A stretch of DNA of 57,605 nucleotides, counting the filler, from Basidiobolus ranarum (taxonomy: Eukaryota): the NCBI GenBank assembly GCA_040143965.1. It is 3 parts of 3 records of this genome, joined end to end, with 100 filler letters (N's around TTAATTAATTAA, not from the genome) between each part and the next. Parts side by side here need not be neighbours in the genome. Positions count along the whole stretch, not along the records: positions 38,552 to 57,605 come from JASJQH010007134.1; 2 more parts are not named here. The stretch is one strand, 5' to 3'. A program made the position numbers and the translations under genes. The notes under the pieces were generated by a model, which saw only the letters and a program-made list of their open reading frames with translations, ran no database searches and was not told the DNA's origin. Position 1 is the stretch's first letter; each line of letters opens with the position of its first letter. Of this stretch, positions 52,876 to 57,605 are shown piece after piece.

Positions 52876-53369
52876 TATATTCTTTTATTATGAATAAAAC
52901 TATGATTCAAAACAAACCATTCCTTGCGCTTTGTCTCTAAATGTTGGAACCATTGCGAATATACTCTTCGGGCGATATGAATCCTCAGAGGTATGCACCA
53001 TAGATAGGATTCTTCATTAGGTATGGTGATTAATAGATTTAAGCCATGTTCGTAGGCCATGTTCCTGGGGAAAATAATTTGACATTCCAGCAGGTTTATG
53101 ATCTTAGTGAGGTTTTATGTCAATATTGAAATAGTATTTTATCCATCAAAATATCATAAAAAGTCAATCTAGACGGCTGCATATTCCTCAGCTTTATCCC
53201 ATTAGTATTACTCCAGCAGTAGTAGCAAATAGGTAGCCATAGTTATCAGAGTCAACCTTTAACAACTCAGGCTAATGTTCTAGAGCATAGATTTTTCTAG
53301 CCTGGGGATCCTTAATGGTAAACCTATCCCTTACGAGACATGATAAACACTACGTTGAACTCTCGGACG

Positions 53370-54185
53370 AAAGGTTCTAGCCTATTCTGACACTTTGAGG
53401 ATTAAACGATAAGATCGAAGAATATGTTTCAGCTGTGAAACATTTGGAGGGAACCGTCATGAATCTTATCCTTTGAATACATAGTTCTAGCTTTGAGCTT
53501 ATCATTAATAACGACCCAGACGAGCCGGAAAAGCCTTCAAATGACGAGCACATTGGTGGGGTGAATAAATCCGGCATCAGATAACCTCTTCTAGCAGTTT
53601 TCATTCACAAAGATATCGACACGACACTTCACAAATTGTAACTTGGAGTTGGATATGATAGAATCACCAAGTTATGCATCATATACTTAGCCGGTTGTAG
53701 CCTGTTAAGGCTGATATGTCTACTAGGTATATGATGACGCTGACTCGGTAAAGTAAACTCTGGTGGAAGCAAATCCATCCATGAATTTCTTCACTGTCAA
53801 CGACTTTTACTATTCGGGATAGACCAATTTTTACGATGCATCACCAAAGATTCACTTTCCATAACATTTCCAAATGAAGACTTTTATTCTATGAACGACG
53901 AGAAAGGCTGATTAAGGTGCATTCAAAAGAGTGGACAGAAAGATGCTTACTTCAGTCACATGAGCGAGGCGTATGCGAAATTATGTAGTGGAGAGGGATT
54001 TGTCATGACCGATGACACAAGTCTGCTACCAAAAAGAGCAAAGTAGACACAGAGGTAGGTTGTTGTTGAGTGACTATGGTTGAAGCCTTATGAATGTTTT
54101 GTCAGTATTTCTACTTGAGATATGCAATCAACGAATATTCATATCATCCAATGCAGTCGAATACATTGTTATCAAAGAAGAATGA
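53370..54185 (+). pseudogene. Degenerate coding remnant of unknown family
   Basis: Protein-like segments interrupted by stops, e.g. NDKIEEYVSAVKHLEG, QKDAYFSHMSEAYAKLCSGEGFVMTDD, NAVEYIVIKEE. Confidence 0.35.
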
Positions 54186-54914
54186 GGAAGGGTAACTCAG
54201 GTTTAAACTTTTGGAGCTATGAGTAAAAGAATTCTATCTATCTATCTATTAAGCTATTGGCCTTTATAAGGGTCAGGGTTAAGTATGTGACGGTGTATAG
54301 ATTTTGTAGGTGTTTTCTTATTCTTTACCAGGCTCTTATCGTACTGCCATTACGAACACACCACTCTTGAATAATAACAGAGTACATACAGCTTGTAACT
54401 GAATAGATTTACCTTATGTTAGCTTCCTGCTGTATATTTAAGGTAGCTAATTCGAATTAAACAAAGTAAAGCCATATTAACAATGAAATAATATAAGCTG
54501 GAGTATTAAGGAAAGTACAACACCACTGGCTATACTGACTAGTGATACAAATTAGCCTGAGGAACGGTCCAACGTTGCGGTGCAGTGGGTAGCTCTGGAA
54601 TAAACATTTGCATTGACAGATGATTGATATAATACTCTAGCTTCGGTGGAATATTATGTGAATGCATCAAGTGAAGTTCTGGGCAGAGTCGCTATGTAGG
54701 TGTTGCTCTAGTAATCGTTACTTCTGCCCATCCTTATCCAGTCATACTACCACTTATGCCGGGCTGCTCTCTTGGTATGAGCCCAGAATCTTAGCGATTT
54801 GATTGGTCAAAGTGGGTTAGGGTTAGAGCCATTCCGGTAAGAGCGCACTTTTCCTTGGGGTTACGGTTAGGGATGTTGCTTGATAAGTATCTCTCTTAGA
54901 GTATTATTGCCATT

Positions 54915-55270
54915 AGCAGTATCCTGCAGCTCCAGGTACCAAATGTTCCGAATGAGCTGGAACTTCGCAATGTTCTTATCAGGCTGCTCCTATTTCCAGT
55001 ACTACTACTACCTCGGCTGCTACAGCTACAGTAGCAAGTGCCTAGCCCTCAAGATTCTCATCAGACCCATGAAGGGCAACAGTACCTTTATCCTACAGAT
55101 TACTCTCAATCTATGTATTATTCCAACCAATCTTATGTGCAATATCAAGCACCAGCTACTACTGCAGTATGTCAACGACAGCCTACTGTTTCATCAGCTA
55201 AGTCATCTTCTACTGCGTCAACTTATTCAGTTCTGGCAAAATCAGTTTAAATTCTCTCACCTCCTGTAGC
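54915..55270 (+). pseudogene. Fragment of a Tyr/Gln/Ser/Thr-rich low-complexity coding sequence
   Basis: YPAAPGT..SYQAAPISSTTTTSAATATVASA* / SQDSHQTHEGQQYLYPTDYSQSMYYSNQSYVQYQAPATTA, with stops and frameshift. Confidence 0.4.
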
Positions 55271-55277
55271 TTACTTT

Positions 55278-55748
55278 GATGAAGTCAAAGTACTGTGCGA
55301 GTACGGATACATCAGACAAGGGTTTGCCATCAACACCGTCAAATGGTTGTACTCTCACGGCTACTGTCAAGAGCTTGTGTTCATTGAGGAACTCAGTGTC
55401 CAAGGCAGATATGAGTTCTTTGAGAAGTAGCAAGTAGATAGCACTACCGTTTTTATCAATGATGTTACAGATGGCAGCCTGTCTTTCAGGATATTCCCAG
55501 TTGACATCGACTTCATCAAGATCCCAGCCATCAGAGTTGGCATCATAGTCAGACTTGGTGTTTTTGCGGACATATACAAGAGCATTAGTGATGAGCTTTT
55601 TGCATAGAGCAGCGTCACGTACAACGGTAGAGAAAGTCTGACTACCTGTCCAGCCTCCTGATTAGATCAAAGTCTTCATATCTTTTGCACTGGCGACTTG
55701 TTTGAGTTTACGGATTCTGTTGCCATCATAGTATCTATCAATGGTGGT
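55278..55748 (-). pseudogene. GH18 chitinase internal fragment (degenerate)
   Basis: Manual translation KTLI*SGGWTGSQTFS...GWDLDEVDVNWEYPERQAAICN...YLLLLKEL...KLLTVAVRVQPFDG..KPLSDVS...YFDFI; SxGG and DxDxE motifs decayed; stop at 55662. Confidence 0.88.
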
Positions 55749-56617
55749 TTTCTAGCAAAGATATCAACATTGTCGGCGATCTCTACTTTCCGACCTAGTC
55801 GCAAGCGCGCAGCTATCGTAATTGCTCTTCCAATGACAGGAGTAAAAGAGCAAACTTCAGTAATTTGCGCCAAGAAGCTTGCGGAAAATGAATTCATTGC
55901 TCTAGCCTTTGATACTGCATATGAAGGCGAAAGCACAGGGGAGCGTCGAGGTCTAGAAGACCCTTTTCAACGAGCAGATAATGTCAGAAACGTAGTGACC
56001 TATCTTTCCACTCGTAAGGAGGTAGATTCGGAGCGTATTGGTGGACTGGGGATTTGTGCTTCTGATGGCTATGTCTCCTTTGCTGCGCAGACTGATCTGC
56101 GCATCAAGGCCATTGCGACTGTTAGTGCTGTCTGTGCTGGAGAGATGACCCACAACGGTCTCATCAAAGGTTCTATTGACAGTTCTATGTTGATTCAGCA
56201 GCTCAAAGCATTTGGAGAGGCACGAATTGCAGAAGCTAAAGGGGAAGAGCCACTCATTACAGACGTTCTTCCTCCGGGTCCAAGTCATGTCCCTGAATCT
56301 GCGCCACGCTTGGTCAAAGAATTGACGGATTACTATAAAACTCCTCGAGGTCAGCATCTTCAAAGCACCAACACATACCTAACAAGAAGTATTGATCTCA
56401 TGGGGAATTATCCCTCTTGATGTTTCCCTGTCCCTTTTTAATGATTGCTGGAAGTGACGCCGCCAATCTTTACTTCAGTGAGGATGCAATCAAGCTTGCG
56501 AAGGAGCCAAAAGAATTGTATCTCATTAAGGGAAAGACACATGCGTCACTTTACGATGATGCGTCTGAATCGGCCCCTAAGCTGGTGGATTTTATGCAGC
56601 AGTATTTGTGTGCTTAG
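55748..56617 (+). pseudogene. Alpha/beta hydrolase (YcjY-like, Cys nucleophile) pseudogene, intronless
   Basis: FSSKDINIVGDLYFP* then frameshift to AAIVIALPMTGVKEQ, FDTAYEGESTG, RIGGLGICASDGY, DLRIKAIATVS; second frameshift ~56415 to PFLMIAGSDA..KELYLIKGKTHASLYD; no start codon. Confidence 0.85.
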
Positions 56618-57379
56618 TGAACACAATGTACAGACCTGATAAACCATAAATTGTGAAAAAATCAAAGATTTCGGTTTAGGCATAACAATTTCAATATATA
56701 GTGATTGTGACAGCAAAGTTCAACAGCAGAATTCTTTTCGTTAAGTAGATTTTTCAGAATACAATATGGATGACTAAACTTTATTTCACTCGTTGTTCTC
56801 TTTGTTCTGCTTACTACATTCAATTTAGTCCACACCAACTTAGAAATGACAAATAATTGCAAATTATATACATATTGGGAGAGTATACCCGCCAACATGA
56901 TTGCACTCTCATAATTTTATTGAGCTTGGTTCCTGAGGTGAGTGCAATTTCGGGACTTGATTAGTCAATGTATCATGATAATTTGACTAGTCAACTTTAT
57001 TTCGATTGTGTATTTTTATAGGGTTGATCAGGGGAAAATCGAGTGGCATTCCTGCCGGATTTGGGATTTGGGAGTGTGATAAATTCGAAACTTGGGTGAC
57101 GACCCATTTCCGATGTCTTGTAACTTCTGTTTGCGATGTTAGTTTATTTCGATATTTGTACCTATAGTAGAATAATAGTAGGGAATCGTCTTCCTGAACT
57201 TTAGTAACGTTTCAGTTAAAGCTTCTGGAGATATATGCATTTCTATGACGGTTCTGGCAATTATGAGGTTATTGGGGTATCAATTTGAAACATAGCATGT
57301 ATTCATCATATAAAAGAAGACAATTGTGCTTGACTGAGATTCGATACCTATCCTTCTCTTTAATACTACTGTTTCTACC

Positions 57380-57605
57380 ATGCTTCTTCAACATATCTTC
57401 GTGCTATCCGCATTGTTGTTGGGTGCTTTTGGAGAACCAGGACACAAGAGCAGCGAAGTTAGGTATGGCAGTGGTCATGGAGCAGGGTATGGCAAAGATT
57501 CCTATGGAGAGAAGAAGACATGCTCGGCTCCTCCTACTCAAGCCCCATTTAATAATAAGGCGATTTCCTACAACCAGAAAACGGATCCCGCCAATTATGA
57601 TTCAG
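57380..57605 (+). CDS. Secreted protein, 5' part (runs off window end)
   Basis: MLLQHIFVLSALLLGAFGEPGHKSSEVRYGSGHGAGYGKDSYGEKKTC...; open to window end; TATAAAA at ~57309. Confidence 0.65.
   Translation, partial: MLLQHIFVLSALLLGAFGEPGHKSSEVRYGSGHGAGYGKDSYGEKKTCSAPPTQAPFNNKAISYNQKTDPANYDS

Noticed and set aside
55698..56420. 240-aa ORF as an intact hydrolase gene
   Set aside because: Its start is antisense chitinase sequence; the true N-terminal motif (GDLYFP) and C-terminus lie in other frames

Overview
Eukaryotic, intron-rich (short GT-AG introns with CTAAC/CTGAC-type branch points) fungal genomic DNA. Gene content (dual hybrid histidine kinase, FBXO3-like F-box/ApaG gene, several bacterial-type genes carrying introns) suggests an early-diverging lineage (Zoopagomycota/Mucoromycota, Basidiobolus-like); this is inference only. 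The window is three pieces joined by two 100-bp N-spacers with a TTAATTAATTAA core (19202-19301, 38452-38551), so adjacency across them is not proven. Conserved genes: DRS2-type P4-ATPase, PPX1/prune, UTP7, NUP57/Nup54, RKM5-like methyltransferase, FBXO3-like, dual HHK, DHA2 MFS pump, YPK9-type P5B-ATPase, SEC31. Signals not shown by the ORF track: an intron-containing bacterial-type MscS gene; an unprocessed RPL30 pseudogene; a guanine deaminase pseudogene with a signal peptide; a U6 snRNA copy altered at two catalytic-triplex positions; a SAP-domain TKL kinase with a WNK-style relocated catalytic lysine; a ~465-bp MITE; a telomere-like insert flanked by a 17-bp direct repeat; and a mosaic of three abutting gene fragments (low-complexity piece, GH18 chitinase, alpha/beta hydrolase). 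Several small secreted repeat-rich or Cys-rich proteins are also present. Exon boundaries were read by eye.
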